64,000 nucleotides of DNA from Candidatus Latescibacterota bacterium. Lineage in GTDB: Bacteria; Latescibacterota; UBA2968; UBA8231. The position numbers and the translations under genes were made by a program. The notes under the pieces were generated by a model. That model ran no database searches. It was not told where the DNA came from and saw nothing but the letters and a program-made list of their open reading frames with translations. Numbering within the stretch: position 1 is the first letter of the stretch; each line of letters begins with the position of its first letter. Shown here in pieces: positions 9,349 to 19,401 of this stretch. The DNA lies in the NCBI GenBank assembly GCA_965242865.1, contig CBDETK010000013.1, positions 1,088,001 through 1,152,000 of the forward strand. The letters run 5' to 3'.

Positions 9349-10917
9349 TTGTTCGACTTGACCATCCGCAACGGCACCCTCATCGACGGCACCCGCGCCG
9401 ACCGCTACCCCGCGGACATCGGCCTGCGCGCCGACCGCATCGCCGCCATCGGCAACCTCAGCCACGCCGCATCCGAGCACAGCATTGACGCGCGCGGCAA
9501 AATCGTGGCCCCGGGCTTTGTCGATGTTCACACCCACTCCGACGGCTGGCTCTTGCAGCAGCCCAATTTCCTCCCCAAGACCCTCCAGGGCTTTACCACC
9601 GAAGTCCTCATGGCCGACGGCATTTCCTACGCCCCGCTCGACCCGGGCACCCGCGCCCACTGGCTCTACTACATGCGCGCCCTCAACGGCCTGCTGCAAC
9701 GCCACTACACCGGCTGGGAGAGCCTCGCCGACTACATGCAGCAACTCGACGGCCGCACCGCGCAAAACACCATCACCCACCTCCCGTACGCCCACCTGCG
9801 GGCCTCGGCCTGCGGCTGGAGCCGCTGCGTCCCCGACGACGTGCAGATGGAAGAGATTCTCGCCGGGGTCGAGCGCGGCATGGCCGAAGGCGCGGTCGGC
9901 CTTTCGACCGGCCTCGACTACATCGCCGAGTGCTTTGCCACCACGGACGAACTCGTCGAAGCCTGCGCTGCCATGGCCGCGCAACAGGGCCTTTACGCCA
10001 CCCATGTTCGCTACAAAAAGGGCACCCTCGCCGGGGTGCAGGAGGCCGTGGAAATCGGCCGGCGCGCCCAAGTCCCGGTCCACATTTCCCACTTCAAGGG
10101 CACCTCGCCCCAGCAAATCGACGCCCTGCTGTCGTACGTCGATCAAGTCGCGGTCCACGAGGTGGATTTCAGCTTTGACGTGTACCCGTACCTGCCCGGT
10201 TCGACCATGCTCAACTTCATGTTGCCGTACGAGGTGTGGGAGGACGGCCCGCTGGGGGTCTTGCCCAAGCTCAACGAGCCCGCGCTCCGCCGCCGCTTTG
10301 CCCGCGTCCTCAGCCGCTACGCCAACCCCCTCGACCAGATGACCATTGCTTGGCTGCCCGGGCGCGACAACGCCCGCTTTATCGGCCGCACCCTAGGCGA
10401 ATACGTCCAACAGGCCGACGCCCCCCCGGCCGACGCGCTGTGCGACCTGCTCATTGAGGAAAACTTGGCGGTCCTCCTCGTCTTTCACCACGGCGACGAC
10501 GCCTTGGTCCATCCCTTTCTGGCGCACGAAAAGTACATGATGGGCAGCGATGGGATTTACTTCCCGGACGGGGCGGTCCACCCCCGGGTGTACGGCTCGG
10601 CCGCCCGCCTGCTCGGGCCTTGCGTCCGCGACCACCAGCTGTTCTCGCTCGAAGACGCGGTCCACAAGCTGAGCGCGTATCCCGCGGCGCGCTTCGGCCT
10701 AGCGCAACGGGGGCAAATCGCCGAAGGCTTCTACGCGGACTTAGTCGTCTTTGACGCGGCGACCATTGCGGACCGCGCCACCTACCAAGACCCCCATCAA
10801 CACTCGGTCGGCGTCGAGCACGTCCTCGTCAACGGGGTGCCCATCGTCCGCAACGGCTGCGCGGTCGAGAGCTTGGGCCCGCGCTGGCCGGGCCGCTATC
10901 TCAAGTTCAGGGCCTGA
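9349..10917 (+). CDS. N-acyl-D-amino-acid deacylase (D-aminoacylase) family
   Basis: PGFVDVHTHSD, GLSTGLDY, HISH, GSDG, HPRVYG, ADLVVFD; TTG start after AGGAG. Confidence 0.9.
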   Translation: MFDLTIRNGTLIDGTRADRYPADIGLRADRIAAIGNLSHAASEHSIDARGKIVAPGFVDVHTHSDGWLLQQPNFLPKTLQGFTTEVLMADGISYAPLDPGTRAHWLYYMRALNGLLQRHYTGWESLADYMQQLDGRTAQNTITHLPYAHLRASACGWSRCVPDDVQMEEILAGVERGMAEGAVGLSTGLDYIAECFATTDELVEACAAMAAQQGLYATHVRYKKGTLAGVQEAVEIGRRAQVPVHISHFKGTSPQQIDALLSYVDQVAVHEVDFSFDVYPYLPGSTMLNFMLPYEVWEDGPLGVLPKLNEPALRRRFARVLSRYANPLDQMTIAWLPGRDNARFIGRTLGEYVQQADAPPADALCDLLIEENLAVLLVFHHGDDALVHPFLAHEKYMMGSDGIYFPDGAVHPRVYGSAARLLGPCVRDHQLFSLEDAVHKLSAYPAARFGLAQRGQIAEGFYADLVVFDAATIADRATYQDPHQHSVGVEHVLVNGVPIVRNGCAVESLGPRWPGRYLKFRA

Positions 10918-10950
10918 TCGGATCGGCCCGCCGGGTTGACGAGCGCGGCA

Positions 10951-13101
10951 TCACGGCTGCAAGAACCAATAGTGAAACGAAACAACCGGCCGCAACGCGC
11001 CGCCCACGTGCTGCGGCTGGGTCTCAATCTCGACGCGGCCGCTCACCTCCGCGGCCGCGAGTTGGCCGATGGCCCGCTCAATCCACTGGCGGCCCGGCCC
11101 ACCCGGCAGCTCCACCGTGGCAATTTTCTTGCCATTGGCCAGCACGGCAAAGCGCTGGGCAATGCCCGTAACCGTGCGCATGACGATAACCGCCGGTTGG
11201 CCGGCATTCAGCACCACCTCCATGCGCTCGCCTCCTGTTACCGTCCGGCCCCCGTCCAGGTATATCGCTTGGGGATCGTCGGCCGCGCTCAGCGCCAGCA
11301 GCAAATTCGCCTCCCCGCTGCCGGGAACCCGCACCGTGGACTGGTATCCGTGCCGACGCTCGCTTGCCAGATCGGCCACATCCACTGCATCGACCACCTG
11401 CCAGCCCTCGGCTAAGAGCGTCCGGTTGCGGATGGCTTGGCCGCTGAGCTCGGCGTCCCAACGCGCCTGATACAACACCTTCTCCGCGTCGATGATCGAC
11501 GGCTCAAAGACGCGAATGCGGTGCAGCGGCTGCAAAAACAGGCCCTCGGGAAAGTTGAACCAGTTGGGGAAAATGGCGAAGTACTGGGGGCGCTGGTCCG
11601 GCGGCATGGCTTCGAGCCGCTCAAATAGCGACCCGCTCCCGTGCCGCCACGACGCGCTGATCCCGGCCGTAGTCAGCCCGACTAAATCGACGGTTGAGCG
11701 GCGGCCGAAGTAGCGCAGGGCCCCGGCGTCGTTGACGGCGATGCGGGCGGCGGGCGGCAACTCGGCGTCGATAAAGCGCGCCAGCTCGACCTGCTGGTTG
11801 CGTATATCGCTGCAATTCTCCCCGTACGCAACGGCGAAAAACCCCACCGACAGCAACCCCCAGAAACCGAAAAAGCACGCCAAGCCCCGCGCCAGCTTGC
11901 CGCTCCATGCTTCCAAGCGGCCCAAGCCCAAGGCGACAAAGAGCAGGTAGAGTGGCAAGAAGGGCTGTTGGTAGCGGTTGAAGTGGGCGTCGTATTCGAC
12001 GAGGGTGCAGGTAAGTAGGACGCCGCCGACCAACCACGCGCCGCCCAGTGCCGCCACCCCGAGCTGCCGCTCGGACAGTTCGCCCCAGAGCCGATAGCTC
12101 AACTCGGCCACAAAAACGAGCGCGACAAACGGGGCAAACACCATGCGGCGATAATTGCCGTCGTACGCGTATAGATTGGCGCTCGTCTGGTGCCCCAGCG
12201 ACCCGGCGAGAATGCCCTTGACAAATTCGGCAAAGTCAAAAAAAACCGCGCGGATTTGCTCGGGCAGCGAGCCATGCGGCTCGGCAAAGCGCCACTTGGC
12301 CTCGATCCCAGACGCCCCGGCCTGTCCCGTCCACCAAGCTAGCAGCAGCACTTGGAGCGCGTACGCCGCCAACGGCACCCCCCACTGCCAGTTCAGGCCC
12401 CGGCGATAGGCGACCAGCGCCAGCAGCAGCAAGACCAAGGCGATCCCCTCGGGCCGCGCCAACGCCAGCAAGGCCGCGGCCAGCGGCGCACGTGGGTCGT
12501 CCGCTAGGTATAGATACAGGGTCAGCAAGATCGCGAAGGCCAAGAGGCCGATGGCCATGCCGCTGTAGTAGCCCCACAGCAGCGGGCCGCACGACAAAAA
12601 CAGGAGCGAGGCCACCCAGCCGCTGAACGGCCCACTCAATCGGCGGCCCAGCAACAGGAGCAGCCGGGCACTCCACCCGAGCCACACCCCCCCTAACGCC
12701 CACGCGTACAGGGCCATTTCCATCCCGTCCAGCCCCAGCCAAAAGCCCGGCACCAGCAGCAGGGTGTACAGCAGGCTCGTCGCGCCGGACGTTGGCTCCG
12801 CGCCGGTATTGTATTCGAGGAAGTGCCCTTGGGCCGCTTGCCGCGCGTATTGGAAATAGATGAAGGAATCGTCTAGCGGCAGGGCCAAACGACCGCCCGT
12901 GTGGTAGAGCATGGAGGCCGCAAACACCACGAGCCACAACAGGGCCAAGCCCCAAAGGATGGCCCCCTCTCGTCGAATTTCAGCCTCAGCGCAAAGTCGG
13001 TCGGCAAAGCGGTGTGCCCTCTGAGCGACTTTGCAGAGACCGCGCCAAATAACCGGCCGCATCCGTCGTCGTGCCGGCCGACAGGCGCACTTACCCCTCA
13101 A
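10951..13101 (-). CDS. Multi-pass membrane protein, GT-C glycosyltransferase-like; start uncertain
   Basis: DDSFIYFQYAR acidic motif after TM1, LARPEG, many TM segments, periplasmic C-terminal domain. Confidence 0.6.
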   Translation of the reverse strand: MRGKCACRPARRRMRPVIWRGLCKVAQRAHRFADRLCAEAEIRREGAILWGLALLWLVVFAASMLYHTGGRLALPLDDSFIYFQYARQAAQGHFLEYNTGAEPTSGATSLLYTLLLVPGFWLGLDGMEMALYAWALGGVWLGWSARLLLLLGRRLSGPFSGWVASLLFLSCGPLLWGYYSGMAIGLLAFAILLTLYLYLADDPRAPLAAALLALARPEGIALVLLLLALVAYRRGLNWQWGVPLAAYALQVLLLAWWTGQAGASGIEAKWRFAEPHGSLPEQIRAVFFDFAEFVKGILAGSLGHQTSANLYAYDGNYRRMVFAPFVALVFVAELSYRLWGELSERQLGVAALGGAWLVGGVLLTCTLVEYDAHFNRYQQPFLPLYLLFVALGLGRLEAWSGKLARGLACFFGFWGLLSVGFFAVAYGENCSDIRNQQVELARFIDAELPPAARIAVNDAGALRYFGRRSTVDLVGLTTAGISASWRHGSGSLFERLEAMPPDQRPQYFAIFPNWFNFPEGLFLQPLHRIRVFEPSIIDAEKVLYQARWDAELSGQAIRNRTLLAEGWQVVDAVDVADLASERRHGYQSTVRVPGSGEANLLLALSAADDPQAIYLDGGRTVTGGERMEVVLNAGQPAVIVMRTVTGIAQRFAVLANGKKIATVELPGGPGRQWIERAIGQLAAAEVSGRVEIETQPQHVGGALRPVVSFHYWFLQP

Positions 13102-13202
13102 GCCGCCGCGCCGACGTGAACGCGCAACAACAGATCGATGAAACCGCCGATAAACACCGTCATAAGGTCCGTTCCTTCATATACCTGAAATTACGCGGTG
13201 CC

Positions 13203-14162
13203 CTACTCGGCTTGGTCTAACAGATGCCTAAAGGCGTCGAGGCTGGGCACCTGTATGGCCGCCCGAAACAATCGCTTGAGGTGCTGCACATCGCCGATGC
13301 CCCCAATGCGAGCGGCCAACGGATCGGACGCCGCTAGCCCGAAGCGAATCGCTAGCACCTCGAGCAGATCTTCAACGGCGCGTTCTCGGCCGCCTCGCTC
13401 AATGCCCTGCTCAATGCCCTGCTCGATGCCCTGCTCGATGCCCTGCTCAATGCCTTGCTCAATGCCCTGCTTGATACCCTGCTCAATGCCCTTTTCCGTG
13501 AAATACTGCACTACCGACGACTCGTACATGGTCTCCTCCGCGATGATGGTCGTAATCGTGTCTAAGTTATACACCAACCCGCTCAATATCGCAAGATTGG
13601 CCAAGTAATTGGCCTGGCGGGATTCGGCCAGCGGCACCTGCTGTGCCCGGTTGACACACTGGCGCAACCACCCCTCGGCATCCAGTCCGGCGGGCGGCTG
13701 CATCAATGGCGCAAATGGCAGCAAGCCCGAAGGCCCCTTCTCAAGCATGCGTTGGCCATCGAGCTCAATCAGCCGACTCACCTTGTATTGCACCAACACG
13801 CGGTAGCCGGACCGCTCTTGGAGATAATACCCCGGATCGCTCCGACCCGCGTCCGGGCGCAAGTAGATGACGTTAGAGTAGATCGGGCACTTGTGCTGCT
13901 CAATGCCGCGCCCGATATAGCCGACCATGCGGAGGGGCATGGGTGGTTTGCTGTCGGTGGTTTGAAACTCGTGATGGACCAACGCGTCCACGCCATTGAC
14001 GTGGACGCGAATGAGGCTATCGGTGCGATGGGTTTCGATGGTGGTTTGCTCGGTCTCGACGACGCCGAGGACTTGGATGTCGTCTTGTTGGAGGGCGAAT
14101 CGGGCGAAGTCCGTTGGGTACGTGTGGATGAGGTGTTTGGCGATGGTATCGAATTCGGCCAT
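13203..14162 (-). CDS. Rpn-family (YhgA-like) PD-(D/E)XK nuclease with (IEQG)n repeats
   Basis: FDTIAKHL, RTDSL...HHEFQT catalytic-type motif, GLLPFAPLM, EQGI repeats. Confidence 0.85.
   Translation of the reverse strand: MAEFDTIAKHLIHTYPTDFARFALQQDDIQVLGVVETEQTTIETHRTDSLIRVHVNGVDALVHHEFQTTDSKPPMPLRMVGYIGRGIEQHKCPIYSNVIYLRPDAGRSDPGYYLQERSGYRVLVQYKVSRLIELDGQRMLEKGPSGLLPFAPLMQPPAGLDAEGWLRQCVNRAQQVPLAESRQANYLANLAILSGLVYNLDTITTIIAEETMYESSVVQYFTEKGIEQGIKQGIEQGIEQGIEQGIEQGIEQGIERGGRERAVEDLLEVLAIRFGLAASDPLAARIGGIGDVQHLKRLFRAAIQVPSLDAFRHLLDQAE
13399..13495. repeat. 12-bp tandem repeat encoding (GIEQ)n
   Basis: About 8 copies of TGCTC(A/G)ATGCCC. Confidence 0.9.
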
Positions 14163-14210
14163 GAGCCATGCCTTGGTTGCGAGTGGACCAGATAAGGACC
14201 CTAATACACC

Positions 14211-15947
14211 CTAGTACGTCCTGTACACCACCCTAGTACCACTTGCTCGAATGGCGGGGATGTGAGTGGTGATTGATGCTCTGCTGAGGGGATTGTCCAC
14301 CAGATACAGGACGCCTAGGTTGGTTAGGCCGGCCAACGGACTCACGTCCTCAATCTCATTCTCGTCCAGACTCAACGATTTTAGGTTGGTCAGGCTCGCC
14401 AGCGAACCCACATCCGAAATCTCGTTATTATCCAGGGTCAACCATTTTAGGTTGGTCAGGCTCGCCAACGAACCCACGCCCGAAATCTCGTTACCGCCCA
14501 GACGCAACCATTCTAGGTTGGTCAGGCTGGCCAACGGACTTATATCCGAAATCTCGTTACTGGCCAGATAAAGATGATCTTTTAGGTTGGTCAGGCTCGC
14601 CAGCGAACCCACGTCCGAAATCTCGTTATTATCCAGCTTCAGCCCTTTTAGGTTGGTCAGGCTCGCCAACGAACCCACGTCCGAAATCTCGTTGTTCGAC
14701 AGGTCCAGCGTTCGCAGGTTGGTCAGGCTCGCCAACGAACCCACGTCCGAAATCTCGTTGTTCGACAGGTCCAGCGTTCGCAGGTTGGTCAGGCCGGCCA
14801 ACGGACGCAAATCCGTAATTTCGTTGCGCGACAGATATAGCTCTTGCAGTGCCGTCGCGTGTTCGAGGCCGGCCAAGCTCCGAATGTTGGTACCATTCGC
14901 TGAGAGCACGGTCAAGTGAGCCAGATCCGCCGGGTAAAGGGGCTGCCCGTGCGGGAGACGCGGGAAAGCCAGCACCGCCCGCACCTCCTCCTCCAGATTG
15001 GGGTCGGCGAACTCAACGGCTACCGCGCCCAGGTCCGCTTCCCTTTCTATCACAACGGCTACCGCGCCCAGGTCCGCTTCCGGTTCTATGGACTCGCTGA
15101 TGAGGTCGTTCGTGCCCAGCCATTGCAGGTTAGTCAGGCTCGCTAACGGACTCGTGTCCGCAATCTCGTTCTTCTCTAGCTGCAGCCATCGCAGGTTAGT
15201 TAGGCTGGCTAACGGACGCACGTCCGTAATTTGGTTCCCCCACAGCGACAGCACTCGCAGGTTGGTCAGGCTCGCCAACGGACGCACGTCCGTAATCTTG
15301 TTCCCCCACAGCGACAGCTTCCAAAGGTTGGTCAGGCTCGCCAGCGGACGCACGTCCGTAATTTGGTTGCGCCGCAGATATAGCTCTTGCAGTGCCGTCG
15401 CGTGTTCGAGGCCGGCCAAGCTCTGAATGTTTCTATCGCTCGCGTCGAGATAGGTCAGGGACGCCAGACCGGCCGCGGTAAGAGGCTGCCCGTGCGGGAG
15501 TTCCAATGCCTCCCGCACCGCCGCCGCCAGATTGGCGTCGGCGAACACAATGGCGTCGGCGGTTTCGGCTGGAGTGCTATCGGTTTCGTCGTCGGTCTCG
15601 CCATCGGTTTCGTCGTCGGTCTCGCCATCGGTCTCGCCATCGGTCTGGGTGCTATCGGGGCTTTCTACCGGCCCCTGCCCGCCCGCCTCGGTGCTATCGG
15701 CGGCGGTCTCGGTCTGGGTACTATCGGGCTCGGCGGTCTGGGTGCTATCGGGGCTTTCTATCGGCTCCTGCCCGTCAGCCGCGATGTAGGTCTCGTCGTC
15801 CAAGAAATCGCACAAGGCACAGGTGGCTTTGCCCGCCGGACGAGAGGCCACCGGCGCGGAGGTCCGTTCCGAGCAGCCCATCCAAGCCCCGACGAGGCCC
15901 AAAAGGACGAACCCAAGCAGGGTTTTTATCGATTTCAACAGTGGCAT
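14211..15947 (-). CDS. Internalin-like leucine-rich-repeat lipoprotein
   Basis: Lipobox-like AWMGC; acidic repeat linker; two FAD(A/P)NL caps; many 22-aa LASLTNLxxLxLxxNxIxD repeats; AAGGAG RBS. Confidence 0.9.
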   Translation of the reverse strand: MPLLKSIKTLLGFVLLGLVGAWMGCSERTSAPVASRPAGKATCALCDFLDDETYIAADGQEPIESPDSTQTAEPDSTQTETAADSTEAGGQGPVESPDSTQTDGETDGETDDETDGETDDETDSTPAETADAIVFADANLAAAVREALELPHGQPLTAAGLASLTYLDASDRNIQSLAGLEHATALQELYLRRNQITDVRPLASLTNLWKLSLWGNKITDVRPLASLTNLRVLSLWGNQITDVRPLASLTNLRWLQLEKNEIADTSPLASLTNLQWLGTNDLISESIEPEADLGAVAVVIEREADLGAVAVEFADPNLEEEVRAVLAFPRLPHGQPLYPADLAHLTVLSANGTNIRSLAGLEHATALQELYLSRNEITDLRPLAGLTNLRTLDLSNNEISDVGSLASLTNLRTLDLSNNEISDVGSLASLTNLKGLKLDNNEISDVGSLASLTNLKDHLYLASNEISDISPLASLTNLEWLRLGGNEISGVGSLASLTNLKWLTLDNNEISDVGSLASLTNLKSLSLDENEIEDVSPLAGLTNLGVLYLVDNPLSRASITTHIPAIRASGTRVVYRTY

Positions 15948-16097
15948 TTTATGCTCCTTATGGAGGGTAGATACCAATCGCTTTTTGCAGTTCAGAAAAA
16001 CCATCATCAAGTTGCTTTTCAAGCCGATCCAAGCGAGGCAGAAGCTAATCTACGATCCCTTCCGGCCGCCCCACGCGCCTGCTAAAGAACAAAAAGT

Positions 16098-16574
16098 TCA
16101 GCCGCCTCTCAAGAGGATGGTTACAAGCAAGCCGACAACGCCAAACTGAATGCTAATCACCCAGTACAGTAGCCGGTCAAAGCGGCGGTTGCTTTCCTCA
16201 AAGCGGCGATTGCTTTCGGCATTGATCGCGTCAAAGCGGCGATTGCTCTCCTCGTGGCGGCGATTGCTCTCCTCGTGGCGGCGATTGCTCTCCTCGTTGA
16301 TCGCGTCAAAGCGGCGGCGGCTTTCCTCAAAGCGGCGGTTGCTTTCCTCGTTGATCGCGTCAAAGCGGCGATTGCTCTCCTCGTGGCGGCGGTTGCTCTC
16401 CTCAATCGCTTGCCGCAGTTCTTCTCGAGTTGCAGTAATCATTTGCCGCAGTTCTTCAAGGCTGCGATCCACGGCATCAAAACGCTTATCCAACTGTACG
16501 ACGACCTCTTCCAGCCGCCCCACGCGCCGCTCCAAATCGCGGTCTTGATCTTGATCCAGCGTAGGAACACTCAT
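16098..16574 (-). CDS. Coiled-coil repeat protein with C-terminal TM anchor
   Basis: EESNRR(H/F) repeats followed by a hydrophobic C-terminal helix; AAGGAG RBS. Confidence 0.75.
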   Translation of the reverse strand: MSVPTLDQDQDRDLERRVGRLEEVVVQLDKRFDAVDRSLEELRQMITATREELRQAIEESNRRHEESNRRFDAINEESNRRFEESRRRFDAINEESNRRHEESNRRHEESNRRFDAINAESNRRFEESNRRFDRLLYWVISIQFGVVGLLVTILLRGG

Positions 16575-16629
16575 TGCCCAAACTCCTTTCTTGAGGTGGG
16601 ATATGGGGTAACGTCAATGATAGTGTAAT

Positions 16630-16642
16630 ATTATAGTATAAT
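16630..16642. promoter_or_regulatory. Back-to-back -10 boxes of a divergent promoter
   Basis: ATTATA (TATAAT on the minus strand) at 16630-35 and TATAAT at 16637-42, between divergent genes. Confidence 0.5.
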
Positions 16643-16695
16643 ACATAGATCGCCCTAATAGCGTCGGCATCCTCCTCCTAACCCACGGAAAAACC

Positions 16696-17499
16696 ATGCG
16701 CCCACTCTATTTTTTGCTCTTATGGCTGCTCCTCAGCGCGGCCGCTCCCTTTGACCACGGCCCTTTTGACCAAGTGCTGCAAGAATACGTCGACGACCAA
16801 GGCTTCGTCCGCTACGCCGCCTTAGCCAAAGACCGCGCCCAACTCGACGCTTACCTCGATAGCCTCGGCCGCTACAGCCCCCCCAGCCATCCCGACCGCT
16901 TCCCGACCCGCGAGCACGAACTGGCCTACTGGATCAATGCGTACAATGCCTTCGTCTTGCAAGGCGTCATCGACTCCTATCCCATCGCCAGCGTCAAAGA
17001 CGCCTTTGTATTCAGCGGCTTTTTTAACCGCCAGACCTTTGTCGCCGGGGGGCGCGAGATGACGCTCGACCACGTCGAAAACAAAATCATCCGACCTACC
17101 TACCAAGAGCCGCGCATTCACTTTGCGGTCAACTGCGCGGCCCTTAGCTGCCCGCAGCTCGAAAACCGCGCCTTTACCGGCCCCGACCTCGACGCCCGCT
17201 TGGAACGAGCACTAACGCGCTTTGCCCAAGACCCCAACCACGTGCGCTTGCAGGGAAAGCGGCTCTACCTATCCAAAATTCTCGACTGGTACGGAGAAGA
17301 CTTCTCGGCATGGTTCCCGACCGACCGACCCAATCCCGAAGACGTGCCCACCATCGTCAACTACCTGCGCCCGTATCTCCCCCCGGACGTAGCCGCTGGG
17401 CTGAGCGCGGACCTCGCCATCGAATACAACGACTACGACTGGACGCTCAACGAGGACAAAAAAACGGGGAGCCCCCGCCCAGCGGCAGACTCCCCGTAA
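16696..17499 (+). CDS. DUF547-domain secreted protein
   Basis: LAYWINAYNA, TLDHVEN, EPRIHFAVNCAALSCP, SKILDWY, YDWTLN. Confidence 0.9.
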   Translation: MRPLYFLLLWLLLSAAAPFDHGPFDQVLQEYVDDQGFVRYAALAKDRAQLDAYLDSLGRYSPPSHPDRFPTREHELAYWINAYNAFVLQGVIDSYPIASVKDAFVFSGFFNRQTFVAGGREMTLDHVENKIIRPTYQEPRIHFAVNCAALSCPQLENRAFTGPDLDARLERALTRFAQDPNHVRLQGKRLYLSKILDWYGEDFSAWFPTDRPNPEDVPTIVNYLRPYLPPDVAAGLSADLAIEYNDYDWTLNEDKKTGSPRPAADSP

Positions 17500-17516
17500 G
17501 CGTTTGGACGGTTGGT

Positions 17517-18359
17517 TTACCAAAAGAACGGATTGTGCTCCCGTTCCTCGCCGACCGTAGTAGCCGGCCCATGGCCGGGAAAAAGCGCGACCTTTGCGTC
17601 CAAGCCGAGGAGCTTGTCGGCCACGGCTCGGTGCTGCATCCGGTAGTTGGCCCCGTTGCGCGTCCCCCCGAGCGACCCCGCGAACAGCGCGTCCCCGACA
17701 AAGGCCAGGTCCTCGTGGACTAAGCTGATGCCACCCGCCGTATGCCCGGGCGTAGAGCGCACCTCAAAGCGCAAGGTGCCGATGGCTACGACTTCGCCTT
17801 CGGCTAGCTCGCCCGCGATGGAGGGAGCCAAGCCGCCGATGAGGGCCAAGTCGCCGCGGTGGATCCACGCTGGCGCGGCCGTGGCGCGCGCCACCTCGGC
17901 GAGGGCGCCGACGTGGTCGTGGTGCCCGTGCGTCAGCACGATCTGCTCCACCGTTAGCCCGGAAGCGGCCACGCGCTGGAGAATTTTATCCGCGTCAAAC
18001 CCCGGGTCGATGATCGCGGCTTGGCCCGTTGTTGCACAGCCGACGATGTAGCCGTTCATCAGAAAGCCGTGCCCGAGGACCATCATCTCCACCTGCGCCC
18101 CGGCAAGCGGGCGGCCCGCCGGATTGCGCGGAAAGAAGGCCCGCGCGGCACTCGCCTGCAATTTGCCCGGGTGCAACCCCAGAGCGCGGGCCAGCCGCTC
18201 AATGCCAGCGGTGCCCGGGATCAGTTCGTAGGCTTCGATCTGTGCGATGTCCCCGGTCGGCATCCCCACCTGCTCGGCCAGTGCGGCGACCGCCAGCTCC
18301 TGCCCGCGCCGGGCCTTGGCGATCACGTCGCCGAACTCGTCTTCTAATTGCTCGTACAT
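17517..18359 (-). CDS. XRE-HTH fused to MBL-fold (glyoxalase II-like) hydrolase
   Basis: N-terminal HTH-like segment; THGHHDH, PGHT, GDALF, PGHG. Confidence 0.85.
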   Translation of the reverse strand: MYEQLEDEFGDVIAKARRGQELAVAALAEQVGMPTGDIAQIEAYELIPGTAGIERLARALGLHPGKLQASAARAFFPRNPAGRPLAGAQVEMMVLGHGFLMNGYIVGCATTGQAAIIDPGFDADKILQRVAASGLTVEQIVLTHGHHDHVGALAEVARATAAPAWIHRGDLALIGGLAPSIAGELAEGEVVAIGTLRFEVRSTPGHTAGGISLVHEDLAFVGDALFAGSLGGTRNGANYRMQHRAVADKLLGLDAKVALFPGHGPATTVGEEREHNPFFW

Positions 18360-18371
18360 GGTCCCTCCCCT

Positions 18372-19019
18372 TCAAAGCTCGACCGAGTCGGCTCGCAAAC
18401 TGTCCAAGAACTCGTCAAAGCTAACGGCCCACTGCTCAACGGTCTGCGCCGGTCCCGTCATCTTGAAAAACACCGCGCCCGAGCGGTGAACCGCTATGGC
18501 CCCGAGCATCCGGTAACCGGCTTGGGGCGTCGCCTCGCCCATGCCCATGCCCCCGGAAAAGGTGCCGCTTATATCGACGCCGGTTATCGCTATATCTTCC
18601 ACTTGCCGCGTCCAACGCCGCCCGGCCGGCTGGCCGTCCTCCTGCTTGAACTGGCCGTACCAGCGCTCGATGTTGGCCTCGACGCCCCCGCCTTGCCCCG
18701 GGCCAAAGAAAAATATGCCCAGCGTCGCCTCGCCGGCCGGGCCGGGGAGGCCGTATTGGGCCACGCGCATAGAACTGGACGGCGGCTGCGCCACCCAGCC
18801 AGCAGGGGCCACCGCGCTGAGCGGCCCCAGCGTCTGGCGTCCACTCGCCTGCGCGGGCGTCGCCGGGGGTGGTGTGGTGGATTGAGCGGTGAATCCCCGC
18901 TCCGCCATGGCCGCGGCCGGCTCTTGGTCACTGAAATTTTGGCTGCACCCGAAAGCTCCGAGGATTCCAGCGCATATCCACACCAATCGGCTTCGAGGTC
19001 GAAGATCGTCTTTTAGCAT
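18372..19019 (-). CDS. Hypothetical lipoprotein
   Basis: Possible lipobox AFGC; SSSMRVAQY, GGGVEANIERWYGQF, FFKMTGP. Confidence 0.6.
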   Translation of the reverse strand: MLKDDLRPRSRLVWICAGILGAFGCSQNFSDQEPAAAMAERGFTAQSTTPPPATPAQASGRQTLGPLSAVAPAGWVAQPPSSSMRVAQYGLPGPAGEATLGIFFFGPGQGGGVEANIERWYGQFKQEDGQPAGRRWTRQVEDIAITGVDISGTFSGGMGMGEATPQAGYRMLGAIAVHRSGAVFFKMTGPAQTVEQWAVSFDEFLDSLRADSVEL

Positions 19020-19208
19020 CACAGGCTTCTCCAAGCGGTAAGGGCGGCGAGGGCCGCTGTCTTGTAGGCGAGGGCGCGCAAATAAGGCCGTTCCCATCCG
19101 GGCTGTCAACTTTTGTGCGGCGCACTTGGGCATCAGGAAGCCCCAAAATACCGCTTGTAGCAGGCATCCTCCTGGGTCTTACTTGAGCTTGACGCTGTTT
19201 TATTCACT

Positions 19209-19400
19209 TCGTTCCATCAGTGCCGAAATCTCGATGGCGCATTCAAAGTCGTCGGCAGAGTTTCGGCTTCGCCTGTCTTACTCGTTGACGATGTAGTTGA
19301 CTCGCGCTGGACGATGACTGTTCTGGCAGCCCTCCTGCGGCAAGCCGGAAGCGGCTTGGTTTATCCGGTAGGGCTGGCGTCCGCTAGCACAGGAGGTTGA
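19209..19400 (+). pseudogene. 3' remnant of a phosphoribosyltransferase domain (RecQ-PRTase/ComF type)
   Basis: Frame with no evident start for the domain: SFHQCRNLDGAFKVVGRVSASPVLLVDDVVDSRWTMTVLAALLRQAG...GG*. PRPP-binding motif VLLVDDVVDS; stop lies 1 nt before the dprA ATG. Confidence 0.75.
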
Positions 19401-19401
19401 T

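Noticed and set aside
13098-13163. 21-aa ORF MTVFIGGFIDLLLRVHVGAAA (minus strand) before the GT-C-like gene
   Set aside because: Too short and without independent support.
13203-14162. Active transposase or IS element
   Set aside because: No terminal inverted repeats or target duplication seen; the Rpn family is better explained as a nuclease or toxin.
14211-15947. Diversity-generating retroelement template/variable repeats
   Set aside because: Near-identical 66-bp units are ordinary LRR duplications; no reverse transcriptase and no evident adenine-specific variation.
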